64,000 nt of DNA from Euryarchaeota archaeon UBA552. Its GTDB lineage: Archaea; Thermoplasmatota; Poseidoniia; Poseidoniales; Thalassarchaeaceae. A program made the translations under genes and the position numbers. The notes under the pieces were generated by a model. That model was not told the origin of the DNA. It saw only the letters and a program-made list of their open reading frames with translations, and made no database searches. Positions within the stretch are counted from its first letter, which is position 1; each line of letters opens with the position of its first letter. The stretch is from positions 3,396 through 67,395 of the forward strand of contig DAMH01000009.1 in the NCBI GenBank assembly GCA_002499585.1. Direction: 5' to 3'. Positions 19,266 through 28,199 of the stretch are shown here, one piece after another.

Positions 19266-19781
19266 GTGGATCATTTGGATAACCATGGATTCGACCAAAA
19301 TAAAACGGTCAATATCAGGCCAGATAGTATTGATAGATATACAAAAGTCTCCAAACATATTGCCGAAGCTATACTAAGAAACAGACCCATTCATGACGAA
19401 GGGGCAAATTGCCCCATCTTGGTGGAGGGTAGAAGGGATGTTTCCGCACTCAGAGAATTTGGTTTCACTGGAACAATAGAAATACTAAATCGGGGATGGG
19501 ACCAATCCCGAATAATAGCGTATCTGTACGACAGATACGGTTGCAGAAATTCAGTTGATAATGGTCCTTCTGTAATCCTCCTTATGGACTGGGACAGAAC
19601 GGGAGGAAGACTTCAATCAACGTTCAGAAAAAGGCTGCAGTCTCTGGACATGAAGATAGACGAAACTCTTTGGAGGAGTCTGATGATGAACATGAAACCT
19701 GAGGGGAGGACTGTGGAGTCGTTGCAATCTTATGCTGGCACCCTCAACTCACTGATAGAAGAATACTTATCCTCTGGTTGA
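19266..19781 (+). CDS. Small TOPRIM-domain protein
   Basis: ILVEGRRDVSALR and ILLMDWDRTG TOPRIM motifs. Confidence 0.85.
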   Translation: MDHLDNHGFDQNKTVNIRPDSIDRYTKVSKHIAEAILRNRPIHDEGANCPILVEGRRDVSALREFGFTGTIEILNRGWDQSRIIAYLYDRYGCRNSVDNGPSVILLMDWDRTGGRLQSTFRKRLQSLDMKIDETLWRSLMMNMKPEGRTVESLQSYAGTLNSLIEEYLSSG

Positions 19782-19798
19782 CGGAAGTCTGAAGATAT

Positions 19799-20245
19799 TC
19801 AAGGGACCGATGTGGGTTGTTCCTTGACTGTATTGAGGACAAAATGTGTGACAGTTCTAGTTATGCCATTCATTGATAATACTGTTTTGGAGAGGTCGTC
19901 TAAGTCTACCCTATCCCTGGCTCTAGCTACGATCATCGAATCGAATTCCCCGGTCACGTCGTACACACCCAGAACCCGAGGGTCTTCGGCAATCGTTCGT
20001 TGTAACTCAAGCAGCCTCCCCTTTTCTATCCTAAGGCCGACAACTACTGTGAGACCCCAGCCGACTTTCTCTGGATCGATTTGAATTTTGTATCCCTTGA
20101 TGACCCCCGACGATTCCATTTTCTTCAATCGGTTGCTGACTGTGCCCAGAGACACACCGATTTCACTAGCTATCGACCTCAACGACATTCGAGCATCCGC
20201 CTCTAAACATCTGATAATCGACCTATCAGTGTCATCTATCGCCAT
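19799..20245 (-). CDS. Lrp/AsnC family transcriptional regulator
   Basis: DDTDRSII..LEADARMS..IA..GVS..TV.NRLKKMES.GVIKGY HTH, followed by a RAM domain (VTGEFD). Confidence 0.95.
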   Translation of the reverse strand: MAIDDTDRSIIRCLEADARMSLRSIASEIGVSLGTVSNRLKKMESSGVIKGYKIQIDPEKVGWGLTVVVGLRIEKGRLLELQRTIAEDPRVLGVYDVTGEFDSMIVARARDRVDLDDLSKTVLSMNGITRTVTHFVLNTVKEQPTSVP

Positions 20246-20275
20246 GATTGATCTACTTGCGCCAGCAAAATGAAA

Positions 20276-21916
20276 CTATTCATCAATTCTGTCCTCGGGG
20301 GTGTCATCCCCAATAAGTTTCAACCTACTCGTGCGCTCATGCGTTGATGCCATTGCTGTGATTTTGGAGCCCAACCACACCGGTAGTGGATCCCGGTCCC
20401 ATCGATCAGAAACCAGCCACCCCCCACTACCAAAACTATCTCCGTTCAACAAACTGCTCCTATCGAGGGCCCCTCCTTCAAGTAGCATAATCAAGTCCTC
20501 ACGATCAATCACCAGGATCTTGTTCGTTGCAAACTCTCTGGAAAAATGAACTCCCTTTTCAACAACCCTCAGTATATCTGGAGGCCTTGATTCAACTATT
20601 TCGCACCCGACTTGTATTACTTTTAATGGACGCCACCTATCGCCTGATATCTTAGCATTCCCATTGGATACTACTGTCTCACTCTTCCAAACATCAAGCA
20701 TTTTTGATGTGCCTAAAAATATCTTTCTCCCCCGCTCCCACAGATTAACGATCGATCCCCTAAACTCATGCTTGAATTTCTCACCAGCTTCCAAGGAGAT
20801 TGGCTGACTCGCCTCCCTTCGATCCTCTGGTATTTTGATTGGCATGTCACCTTTTTCAATGACGGTCGGGGAATCCTCCCTCTTCCTGATTGAGGCCACG
20901 AAAAAGCCTCCAGCATTCATTTTGTGTCCTAGTATTCTTTTGGTATTTGATAGCATTTTGTAATCAAACCCTACCAAGTTTGAACATCGATCTCCAACTT
21001 CCAGAGGATTTAGCTCATCATCCAACGAGATCCACGAGTTAAGCCCATCCTCCATCTCAACTCCATTCAGCCGACCGTCGATGTTTTCCAATACGACGTC
21101 TGCCCTATTTCCCAATACAGCAGAAACAACGCCCTCATTCTCAATGGGATCTATTGAACAGGTTGAGTATACAACCCTCCCTCCTGGCCTGGCCAAATCA
21201 ATCGCCTTGTTCAATAATCCTACTTGCATTCCCTGAAGGCCCAACCCCCCGCTCGGCTTCCACTGCCTCCAGACTTCCGGGTTTTTCCTCGTAGTGCCAG
21301 ATCCGGTGCACGGTACATCCACTAAAATTGCGTCATATCCTTGGTTTCCTGCCAATGCAGGGAGGTGCCTTCCATCATGATTCACAACAATCGAGCTTCT
21401 GGATCTGTGACGTTGTAGGTTTGAAATTAATAGATTGCAACGTTTTCTAGACCTTTCATTGGCAACAACTAGCCCTTCACCATTAAGGAATTCAGCGATC
21501 TGGGTAGTTTTAGAACCCGGGCTGGAGCACATGTCTAGAATTACTTCTCCCGGCTCTGGTCGAAGTACAATGACCGGTATCATTGACACTGCTTCTTGAC
21601 GAGTCAAACGCCCTGTTTCATGCAGGGAAATCAATGTCTGTCGAACATTATCAGGTGCACTACCTCTGGCAAAAGGGAGAGTCCAACATGATCCTGGACC
21701 TGGATACCATTCCGAGCATTTTGCGTCGAGTGAAGCAATCCAAGCCTCTACATCGGCCGCATCGGCCCTCAGCGGATTCACTCTGACAGTTTCAGGCAAC
21801 TTCTCAAACGCATTGTTGAACCAGTCATCTGAGTCAGCCATCCAGTTTGATGCCGCGATCCTCAGAAGACTGTTGTCGGCAGACTCTCTCCAATCTACCT
21901 CATGTTCAGCGCCCAA
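20276..21916 (-). CDS. RsmB/NOP2/NSUN-family RNA m5C methyltransferase
   Basis: RQEAVSMIP, LDMCSSPGSKTTQ, DVPCTGSGT, YSTCS (both catalytic Cys motifs). Confidence 0.93.
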   Translation of the reverse strand: MGAEHEVDWRESADNSLLRIAASNWMADSDDWFNNAFEKLPETVRVNPLRADAADVEAWIASLDAKCSEWYPGPGSCWTLPFARGSAPDNVRQTLISLHETGRLTRQEAVSMIPVIVLRPEPGEVILDMCSSPGSKTTQIAEFLNGEGLVVANERSRKRCNLLISNLQRHRSRSSIVVNHDGRHLPALAGNQGYDAILVDVPCTGSGTTRKNPEVWRQWKPSGGLGLQGMQVGLLNKAIDLARPGGRVVYSTCSIDPIENEGVVSAVLGNRADVVLENIDGRLNGVEMEDGLNSWISLDDELNPLEVGDRCSNLVGFDYKMLSNTKRILGHKMNAGGFFVASIRKREDSPTVIEKGDMPIKIPEDRREASQPISLEAGEKFKHEFRGSIVNLWERGRKIFLGTSKMLDVWKSETVVSNGNAKISGDRWRPLKVIQVGCEIVESRPPDILRVVEKGVHFSREFATNKILVIDREDLIMLLEGGALDRSSLLNGDSFGSGGWLVSDRWDRDPLPVWLGSKITAMASTHERTSRLKLIGDDTPEDRIDE

Positions 21917-22045
21917 GGTTCAGCCTCATCAAAACCAAGAGGTGAAGAGTATCAATACTGCTGCAAAATCAGGATACTAGCCTCGATATCCGGTAAACCG
22001 TTAAGAGTGTTGAAGAATAGTGCGGAATGCGGCCACGGCTGCAGG

Positions 22046-22417
22046 ATGGGATGCGTGCACAATCGGAGCGGAAGCAGGAGAATACAACAAAACGGTGGAA
22101 GAAGGATACGGACTACCCCAATTAAGGGGAAGGAGAAACTCGAAACACTGGTCTCTCGGGCAAAAAAAGCCACTATCGGGATACCAGACATACTTCCGGT
22201 AGAAGCCATAATCACAGTCACTGAGCACGAGTGGATTTGGCAGATCGTGGACCAGACAATGCTTAACACACTATCTCACAGGATTATTCTCGATAATCCA
22301 ACACTGGGCAGAAGAGAACTGGTGATGACCTCCGGCATAGACGCCGCAGTTGGAGTCGCCAGGACAGTAACAGAAATAGAGGGTGGCTGTGTCTTGATAG
22401 AAACACTGGAGCCCTGA
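22046..22417 (+). CDS. Hypothetical protein; 5' end uncertain, possible frameshift
   Basis: The C-terminal part (KEKLETLVSRAKK...VLIETLEP) looks protein-like and fills the gap before Sec61-beta. An overlapping frame at 22020-22202 competes for the 5' part. Confidence 0.45.
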   Translation: MGCVHNRSGSRRIQQNGGRRIRTTPIKGKEKLETLVSRAKKATIGIPDILPVEAIITVTEHEWIWQIVDQTMLNTLSHRIILDNPTLGRRELVMTSGIDAAVGVARTVTEIEGGCVLIETLEP

Positions 22418-22471
22418 TTCTAATCGACCAAAATGGGCTTCATTAAAATATAACTCCTGAGTCGGAGGGAC

Positions 22472-22651
22472 GTGGCTAAGAAGGAGAAGAACAGTGGCAT
22501 ACAGCAAGCCGCTGGTCTAATAAGATATTTTGACGAGGAGTCAGAAGACGCCATACAGATTCCAAAAAGCGCTGTTTACGGGGCTTGCATTGTGTTTTCA
22601 ATCATCATCTACCTCGCTCAACACGGTGTGATACAGTGGATATTTGGTTAA
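22472..22651 (+). CDS. secG: Preprotein translocase subunit Sec61-beta (archaeal SecG), 59 aa, absent from the ORF track
   Basis: Translated by hand: MAKKEKNSGIQQAAGLIRYFDEESEDAIQIPKSAVYGACIVFSIIIYLAQHGVIQWIFG*. AGLIRYFDEE hallmark plus one TM; GGAGG upstream of the GTG. Confidence 0.9.
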   Translation: MAKKEKNSGIQQAAGLIRYFDEESEDAIQIPKSAVYGACIVFSIIIYLAQHGVIQWIFG

Positions 22652-23379
22652 TCCGTTAAGTCCACAAATGGAATTTCATCATCATCATCCCTGAGGATTG
22701 CCCACTGGTTATCCCTTTCCATGTTTATCCGCCCGGATGCTCTTGAGATTGCTCGCTCGAACGCTTGGCCATTCCTATCGTCCAGCGCCATTCGCGCCTC
22801 CTCGATATCTCGCTCAAAACCTCTCCCGTCGAACTCATCAATTCCTTCTGAGAATGAAACTACCTCTCTCAAAACCTCCCTCATCGATTCTTCTGCTTCC
22901 CTTTGACATGACTGCCATATTTTGGCTTGATTAGAGACGTTGAGCCCAGTATGCTTCTCGTAGGCGCGCTTGAAAACAGGCTCCCAAGGATTGTACCCCA
23001 ATGAAGATAGGACATCGTAGATTATTCTATTCGTGACGTCCTTTTTCCCCTCAATTTCAATCCGATTCAGGAAGCACTTCGTGAAAATCCCGAACCCCCA
23101 GTATGGCTTCGAAACAATCGATATTCTGGTTCCAAAGGCCATGACCTCAATGCTCCATCGCTGTTCATCAAATTTTAGCTCACTCATTAATAGAGGAGGG
23201 TCAGATGGCCCTAAAGCTCTCAGAAATGCATTTGTTACGTCGCCCAAAATTATTTTTCCAGCTGAATTCCCGCTGCTAGAGTGTCTGAGATACCCTTGTG
23301 AGTCAATCCACATAATTGGGGCATGGCTCCTCACTTGAGCCCAGAGCACTATGGTTGACGCACCTCCATCCATGGCCAT
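22648..23379 (-). CDS. Hypothetical protein
   Basis: 243-aa ORF with a helical, acidic C-terminus; no family recognised. Alternative start 23373. Confidence 0.7.
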   Translation of the reverse strand: MAMDGGASTIVLWAQVRSHAPIMWIDSQGYLRHSSSGNSAGKIILGDVTNAFLRALGPSDPPLLMSELKFDEQRWSIEVMAFGTRISIVSKPYWGFGIFTKCFLNRIEIEGKKDVTNRIIYDVLSSLGYNPWEPVFKRAYEKHTGLNVSNQAKIWQSCQREAEESMREVLREVVSFSEGIDEFDGRGFERDIEEARMALDDRNGQAFERAISRASGRINMERDNQWAILRDDDDEIPFVDLTD

Positions 23380-23449
23380 CTGAGGAACTAACCAAGATTG
23401 AGCCTTGCCATTGGGACAAGGCTATCAGCCGTCAAATTGAGGTCGTTCC

Positions 23450-23644
23450 GTGCCGCGTAGGAAGTATGGACGACTCATCAAACAGGTTGATCACCCTCCA
23501 AAAGACAACTGCAGTAGATGTAGAAGCGGCAAACATTGCCCTCTGGAGGGACACTCCGGGCAGAGGGTCAAAGCGGACCGCTCATGGCAGGGTGTGGAGA
23601 AACTCAAGAAAAGGAAATCAAAAAGGAACCCCTCAAGAAGATGA
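23450..23644 (+). CDS. Small, highly basic Cys/His protein (putative Zn-binding nucleic-acid-binding protein)
   Basis: 64 aa, Lys/Arg-rich, C-x2-C-x5-C-x4-H pattern; GAGGT SD upstream of the GTG; fills the gap between two minus-strand genes. Confidence 0.6.
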   Translation: MPRRKYGRLIKQVDHPPKDNCSRCRSGKHCPLEGHSGQRVKADRSWQGVEKLKKRKSKRNPSRR

Positions 23645-24712
23645 TTTATGCAGCCCGTGGAGAGTGCCCTCCAAATCGGTCTCATGTTGAACGGAAGGCA
23701 TACTCGGAAGCGGTTTTTGTGCTCGTCGATATATCTCCCTAAGAGTTTGATCACTGATTTCAAGATACACTCTGGTGGTTGCTATGCTGGCGTGACCCAG
23801 TAGCCTTTGGATCGTAACGAGGTCTGCCCCCCTCTCAAGAAGCCCCGAGGCAAACGTGTGCCTCAGTGTGTGAGGGGTCAACCTGGACCTGGGTATTGAT
23901 GCAGACTCAGCTAACTTATCCATGAGTTTTTGAACCCAGCGCGGTGTTATCCTACTTCCTGATTTGGTTATGAAAAGAGAGTTTCTGCCTTCACCTTTCA
24001 GTCCAGAATCCCTGACGCTCCTTTCCCTCAACCACTCCTCGATCATTGTCTTGGTCTGGATAGTAAATAGCACAGTTCGATCCTTCTCCCCCTTTCCACC
24101 CAACACAAGGGCAGATAAATCGTCAAGATCTACATCCTCAACGTCCATGTTGCAGATTTCAGAAACTCTGACTCCGGTTTCTAGCATCATGGTCGCCAAC
24201 GGGCCCGCGATTGGATCCTTGAAAGACGCAACAGCGTTGTTGAACCTTAGAAGCTCCCTTTTGTTCAATGTTTTTGGGAGGGGCCTTCTTCTGGCCGGCC
24301 TCCTTATCCAGTCTGGCATGGGGTGGCCAAACCATCTCAGAAGATGAGAGGCAGCGGCAATCCTTGCATTGACACTTGATGGACTCAACTCATCAAGGCT
24401 GGATATCCAAGAGTCTATTCTTCCTAGTTCTGGGTCCAATAATTCGTGAGCTCTCTCTACATTCACGGATAAGAATAGATCGATTTCAACAGGGGTTTCA
24501 TCCGGAAGAAAGGTGCTGGCTATGCCCTTCGCTGCACGTGTGTACGCCCTGATAGTGTGTTCGCTCTTCTTTTCAGCCTTCAACTGCGATATCCAACATT
24601 CGAACCATGGTAAACCACTGAGGCGATGGAGACGGGTTGGTAACCTCTTCGACAGACTGTCTAGTTTTCTCTGCCGGGGAAAATTCCGGTTCACATCATT
24701 TTCGATTTGCAC
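23633..24712 (-). CDS. xerA: Tyrosine recombinase, XerA/XerC-like
   Basis: TGVRVSEI (R), GKGEKDR (K), PHTLRHTFAS (HxxR), LLGHASIATTRVY (H, Y); housekeeping neighbourhood. Confidence 0.85.
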   Translation of the reverse strand: MQIENDVNRNFPRQRKLDSLSKRLPTRLHRLSGLPWFECWISQLKAEKKSEHTIRAYTRAAKGIASTFLPDETPVEIDLFLSVNVERAHELLDPELGRIDSWISSLDELSPSSVNARIAAASHLLRWFGHPMPDWIRRPARRRPLPKTLNKRELLRFNNAVASFKDPIAGPLATMMLETGVRVSEICNMDVEDVDLDDLSALVLGGKGEKDRTVLFTIQTKTMIEEWLRERSVRDSGLKGEGRNSLFITKSGSRITPRWVQKLMDKLAESASIPRSRLTPHTLRHTFASGLLERGADLVTIQRLLGHASIATTRVYLEISDQTLREIYRRAQKPLPSMPSVQHETDLEGTLHGLHKSSS

Positions 24713-24834
24713 CTTTTCAACCCCGATCTCGACAGCAAAATGTGCTTCCCAGTCCCCTCAGGAACAGACTGGATCGAAGACGTGTAGTATTGAAATCTTG
24801 CCTGAAAGAATACTTAACGGTGCAATATTTCGTA

Positions 24835-25815
24835 TCAAGAGGATTCAGCCGAGCCTTCTTTGCCGTTTGAGATAACTTCTCCAGATCCTTCAATCATATT
24901 CTCATCAGACCTCACGTTGTTGGATTCTTCCCATGCTTCTCGGACTCTCGCTCTGAGTGTTGAGACTATTCTTCCTGCGACATTCACCCCCGTTGCACGC
25001 TCTATACCCTCCAATCCAGGGCTTGAGTTGGCTTCCAAAACCAACGGCCCAGATGCGGAGACCAACATATCAACTCCAGCTACATCCAATCCAAGCTGGG
25101 CTGCTGCCTTAATGGCAACATTAGCCTGAGTAGTGCTAAGATCAATAGCCTCCACAGATCCACCTAGGTGAAAATTTGATCGGAATTCAGTACCACGTGC
25201 TCTTCTTAGCATGCTTGCCACTACCCTGCCTCTGACGACAATTACGCGTATGTCTTTACCATGAGACTCCCGAATATACTCTTGTACCAGTGGCCTCATT
25301 CCCCTCTCAAACATCTGAGAAAGCAACGAAATTGCTCTAGGTTCATCATCCAAGAGAAAAACACTGGAGCCTTGGGTACCCTCACTTGCTTTGATGACGA
25401 GGGGATAATCCCCGATGGCACGCAAAGCGTGTACTGAATCCTCCATAGATGCTACTTTGATGCTTTTAGGGACTGGTAGACCAGATTCAGCCATTACCTG
25501 TGTTGCAGCAATTTTATCCCGGCTCAATATTATCGAAGCAGCATTATTCTGTACGATTGCACCCATTTTCTCAAATTGCCGTACTATACTTGAACCCGGC
25601 CTCGTGATCGAATATCCGATTCTGGGAATTACCGCATCAGCGTGGATCGGCCAGCCCCTGTAGTAGATCTTCCCACCGTCATCGTCGACAGCGGTTGTGA
25701 CACTCATCGGGTCTATGATTCGGGCGCTGAAACCGTACCTGTGTGACTCTTCCATCAAGCGCATTGTCGAATAGAGCCCGGGACCACGGGAAAGGATAAC
25801 CAGCCTCGGGTCCAT
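24835..25815 (-). CDS. rimK: RimK-family ATP-grasp alpha-L-glutamate ligase
   Basis: ILSRGPGLYSTMRL, DAVIPRIG, SRDK, EGTQG, QEYIRES.GKDIR, EFRSNFHLGG, VAGVD, EANSSPGLEGIE. Confidence 0.9.
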   Translation of the reverse strand: MDPRLVILSRGPGLYSTMRLMEESHRYGFSARIIDPMSVTTAVDDDGGKIYYRGWPIHADAVIPRIGYSITRPGSSIVRQFEKMGAIVQNNAASIILSRDKIAATQVMAESGLPVPKSIKVASMEDSVHALRAIGDYPLVIKASEGTQGSSVFLLDDEPRAISLLSQMFERGMRPLVQEYIRESHGKDIRVIVVRGRVVASMLRRARGTEFRSNFHLGGSVEAIDLSTTQANVAIKAAAQLGLDVAGVDMLVSASGPLVLEANSSPGLEGIERATGVNVAGRIVSTLRARVREAWEESNNVRSDENMIEGSGEVISNGKEGSAESS

Positions 25816-25952
25816 GAGCTTCCGTCAACCATCCTACTTGAGACAGTTGCGCAGGTTTGCAAAACCCAGAGAACACTTTCGATCTCTGGACAATTCAGGG
25901 AGGTATTGAAAACAACACCACGTCGCTTGTTGCACAACGGGGGCTCAAGGCT

Positions 25953-28124
25953 ATGGATCAAGATGACCTAAACGCGCTGAAAGCCTCAGAATTGAAAATG
26001 ATGTGCAAAGAAAGAGGGTTGAGGGTTTCTGGTACCAAATCCGAGCTTATTGGTAGATTAATGGAAAATCAACATCAAATAGAAAACGGGCCTATCAACG
26101 AGAGTCTAGATGCGGCTGTAGATGCATTATTGGAGAGGCATGGAAAAAAGGAAACGAAAAAAATCAAGACTTACCCGGAGCCTACTCAAAAGGACGATGA
26201 AATTCCAATCGAGGCTGAACTACTGGAAGAACCAGGGCCTACAATCAGCACGACGGAAACTGAACTAATGTTGTTTGATGATGACTCTCCACCAGTCACA
26301 CCCGCATCGAAAAAGAAACCCCGGCCGCAAGGGGCGGATCAAGGTCCTGCCGACCACCCGCTAAAAGAAAAAACCACAAAAAAAGAAAAATCTCCAAAAA
26401 AGAGCGACCCTGTCTCCGCAACCACCTTCCGCGTAACTCGAATTCAGGTCGCAGCAGGTCTCACAGTGGCCTTGCTAATCAGCGCTGGGTTGTGGTTTTT
26501 CCTACAGAGAGACACTTCATTCACTGCCCAACCCATAAGATACGGGGATTCAGTTGATTTCTCAATACAACAATCGGAAATAAACGTAGAGGGAGATGAC
26601 ATGGTCAGTATTATCAGAGACTCACTATCGCCTAGCTCTTTTGATCAGGTTTGTTCTGAGGTCGACGTCGACATTTCAGGGACCGGTTCGGTATCAATCG
26701 ACAGAGGAACAGACTCTGACACGGCCTTCCCGAGTGATTTGGATCATAGGGGAGCCTTTAGTGTCAAGGATGCATACGGAAGAACCAGTCTAGCAGTGAA
26801 ACAAGTTATCACCCACGATTTGGATCTAGACCTTCAAGGAAAAACTTGGAGAGAAAATGGTATCGAGTGTAGCAATGCGGGGTGGTCATTGCCCGAAAAC
26901 AATCTCATTATCTCTACAGATAGTTACCGGCACATATCCGATAAATCAGTTTTGAGAACAGATACAAGTCTCTCTTTCGAGGATTCTGATGGAGAATCAA
27001 TAGATGCAGTTCTGACGACTTTCGGAACCAGTGTAATGCCCGGTCTTGGTGCAATATCTCCACTCCTCTCAATTCCTCTGTTGCCCATGGATCTGGAAGA
27101 GTTCTTTGAAGATACAGTTCTTCATGAGGGCGCTTCCTCGGATACTGATGATGTATGGACATGGACTGTCAAGAAGGAGAGGAACGATCCTGTCCATGGT
27201 TATGTGTATCCTATCTCCATCTCCCATGATGAGATAGAATCATGTTTCGGATATCTTCGAATGGAGCTCTTGGTAACCCCCAACAGTCCTTGGCCTCTGA
27301 AACAAACCGCTGACATAAGGTTGGACAAGTCGTTGGCTACATCTCAATGTAATGTATTTGCTAGTGCGATAAGTGATGCTGCGCTTCCAGAGGGGAGGCT
27401 GGATGTCAGAGTGGACATGACAGTAACCGATAGGACACGTGGAGACAATGTGGTGAACTGGTACGATGATTACGAATCAAAACCATCGCCGGGGGACGAT
27501 AGACCTACAAGCGCTGGGAAAAAAGAATGGGCATCTCACATGCCGGATGAGTCACTCGAAAGGGTGAATTTGGAAGAAATCGTATCCTGCATGAGAACCT
27601 CATATCCTGCAAGTGATGCCTCAGTAGCACTGGACGGAGGCGGGTACATTTGGGAAGCAACGCACCCATTAGGAACGAAGGATTGGAATATATCATGGGT
27701 CGATACCGAGGACAATTCTGGGTGGATTCACCTGTCGTACACAGATGGGGAATGCACCATCGTCAAATCAGGTAATTATCCAGAAGAATCGGTAAATTGG
27801 GATAAGTCCGCCATCCCTCGCACACTTACCCTAGAATATCTGGAGAATAGGCTCTTCAATCAAGGACGCTACGATTACGTCGATGAGGTGTTTAGCCTGA
27901 GCTATTCATCATTGGAGGAGAATATGGGTTACAGGGCCCTGTCCGGTGAAGCAGAGGATATTTCGGATTTCCTTTCCAGCGAACTTTCTACAGGAGTCGT
28001 CTCGTTCACGGCAGAAAGAGAATGGACCGAGTCTAACAAGGATCACACATTCAACGTGGCAATTGACGCCACGAACGCTAGAGCCATCGGGTGGTTCCAA
28101 GTAACAACCGAATCCGGAAGCTAA
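25953..28124 (+). CDS. SAP-domain single-pass membrane protein with a large C-terminal (predicted extracellular) domain
   Basis: N-terminal LNALKASELKMMCKERGLRVSGTKSELIGRL (SAP consensus); charged low-complexity linker; TM at about 26442-26504; about 540-aa acidic domain. Confidence 0.8.
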   Translation: MDQDDLNALKASELKMMCKERGLRVSGTKSELIGRLMENQHQIENGPINESLDAAVDALLERHGKKETKKIKTYPEPTQKDDEIPIEAELLEEPGPTISTTETELMLFDDDSPPVTPASKKKPRPQGADQGPADHPLKEKTTKKEKSPKKSDPVSATTFRVTRIQVAAGLTVALLISAGLWFFLQRDTSFTAQPIRYGDSVDFSIQQSEINVEGDDMVSIIRDSLSPSSFDQVCSEVDVDISGTGSVSIDRGTDSDTAFPSDLDHRGAFSVKDAYGRTSLAVKQVITHDLDLDLQGKTWRENGIECSNAGWSLPENNLIISTDSYRHISDKSVLRTDTSLSFEDSDGESIDAVLTTFGTSVMPGLGAISPLLSIPLLPMDLEEFFEDTVLHEGASSDTDDVWTWTVKKERNDPVHGYVYPISISHDEIESCFGYLRMELLVTPNSPWPLKQTADIRLDKSLATSQCNVFASAISDAALPEGRLDVRVDMTVTDRTRGDNVVNWYDDYESKPSPGDDRPTSAGKKEWASHMPDESLERVNLEEIVSCMRTSYPASDASVALDGGGYIWEATHPLGTKDWNISWVDTEDNSGWIHLSYTDGECTIVKSGNYPEESVNWDKSAIPRTLTLEYLENRLFNQGRYDYVDEVFSLSYSSLEENMGYRALSGEAEDISDFLSSELSTGVVSFTAEREWTESNKDHTFNVAIDATNARAIGWFQVTTESGS

Positions 28125-28199
28125 AGTTGTCCTAACCAATGACCTTCCCAGGCGACAATACTCCGGTATCTTGAATTGTCCCTGGAGTCAGTCTGACTT

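Noticed and set aside
23398..23426. Palindrome near xerA as a dif site
   Set aside because: It has 7-9-7 geometry and lacks the 11-6-11 layout with inner TAA/TTA of known dif sites.
23633..24712. Tyrosine recombinase as the integrase of a provirus or island
   Set aside because: Neighbours are housekeeping genes, it is not next to a tRNA, and I saw no att repeats or viral genes. It fits chromosomal XerA.
25866..25889. Inverted repeat CCAGAGA-N10-TCTCTGG between rimK and the SAP gene
   Set aside because: A single 7-bp inverted repeat with no second copy noticed; compatible with chance.
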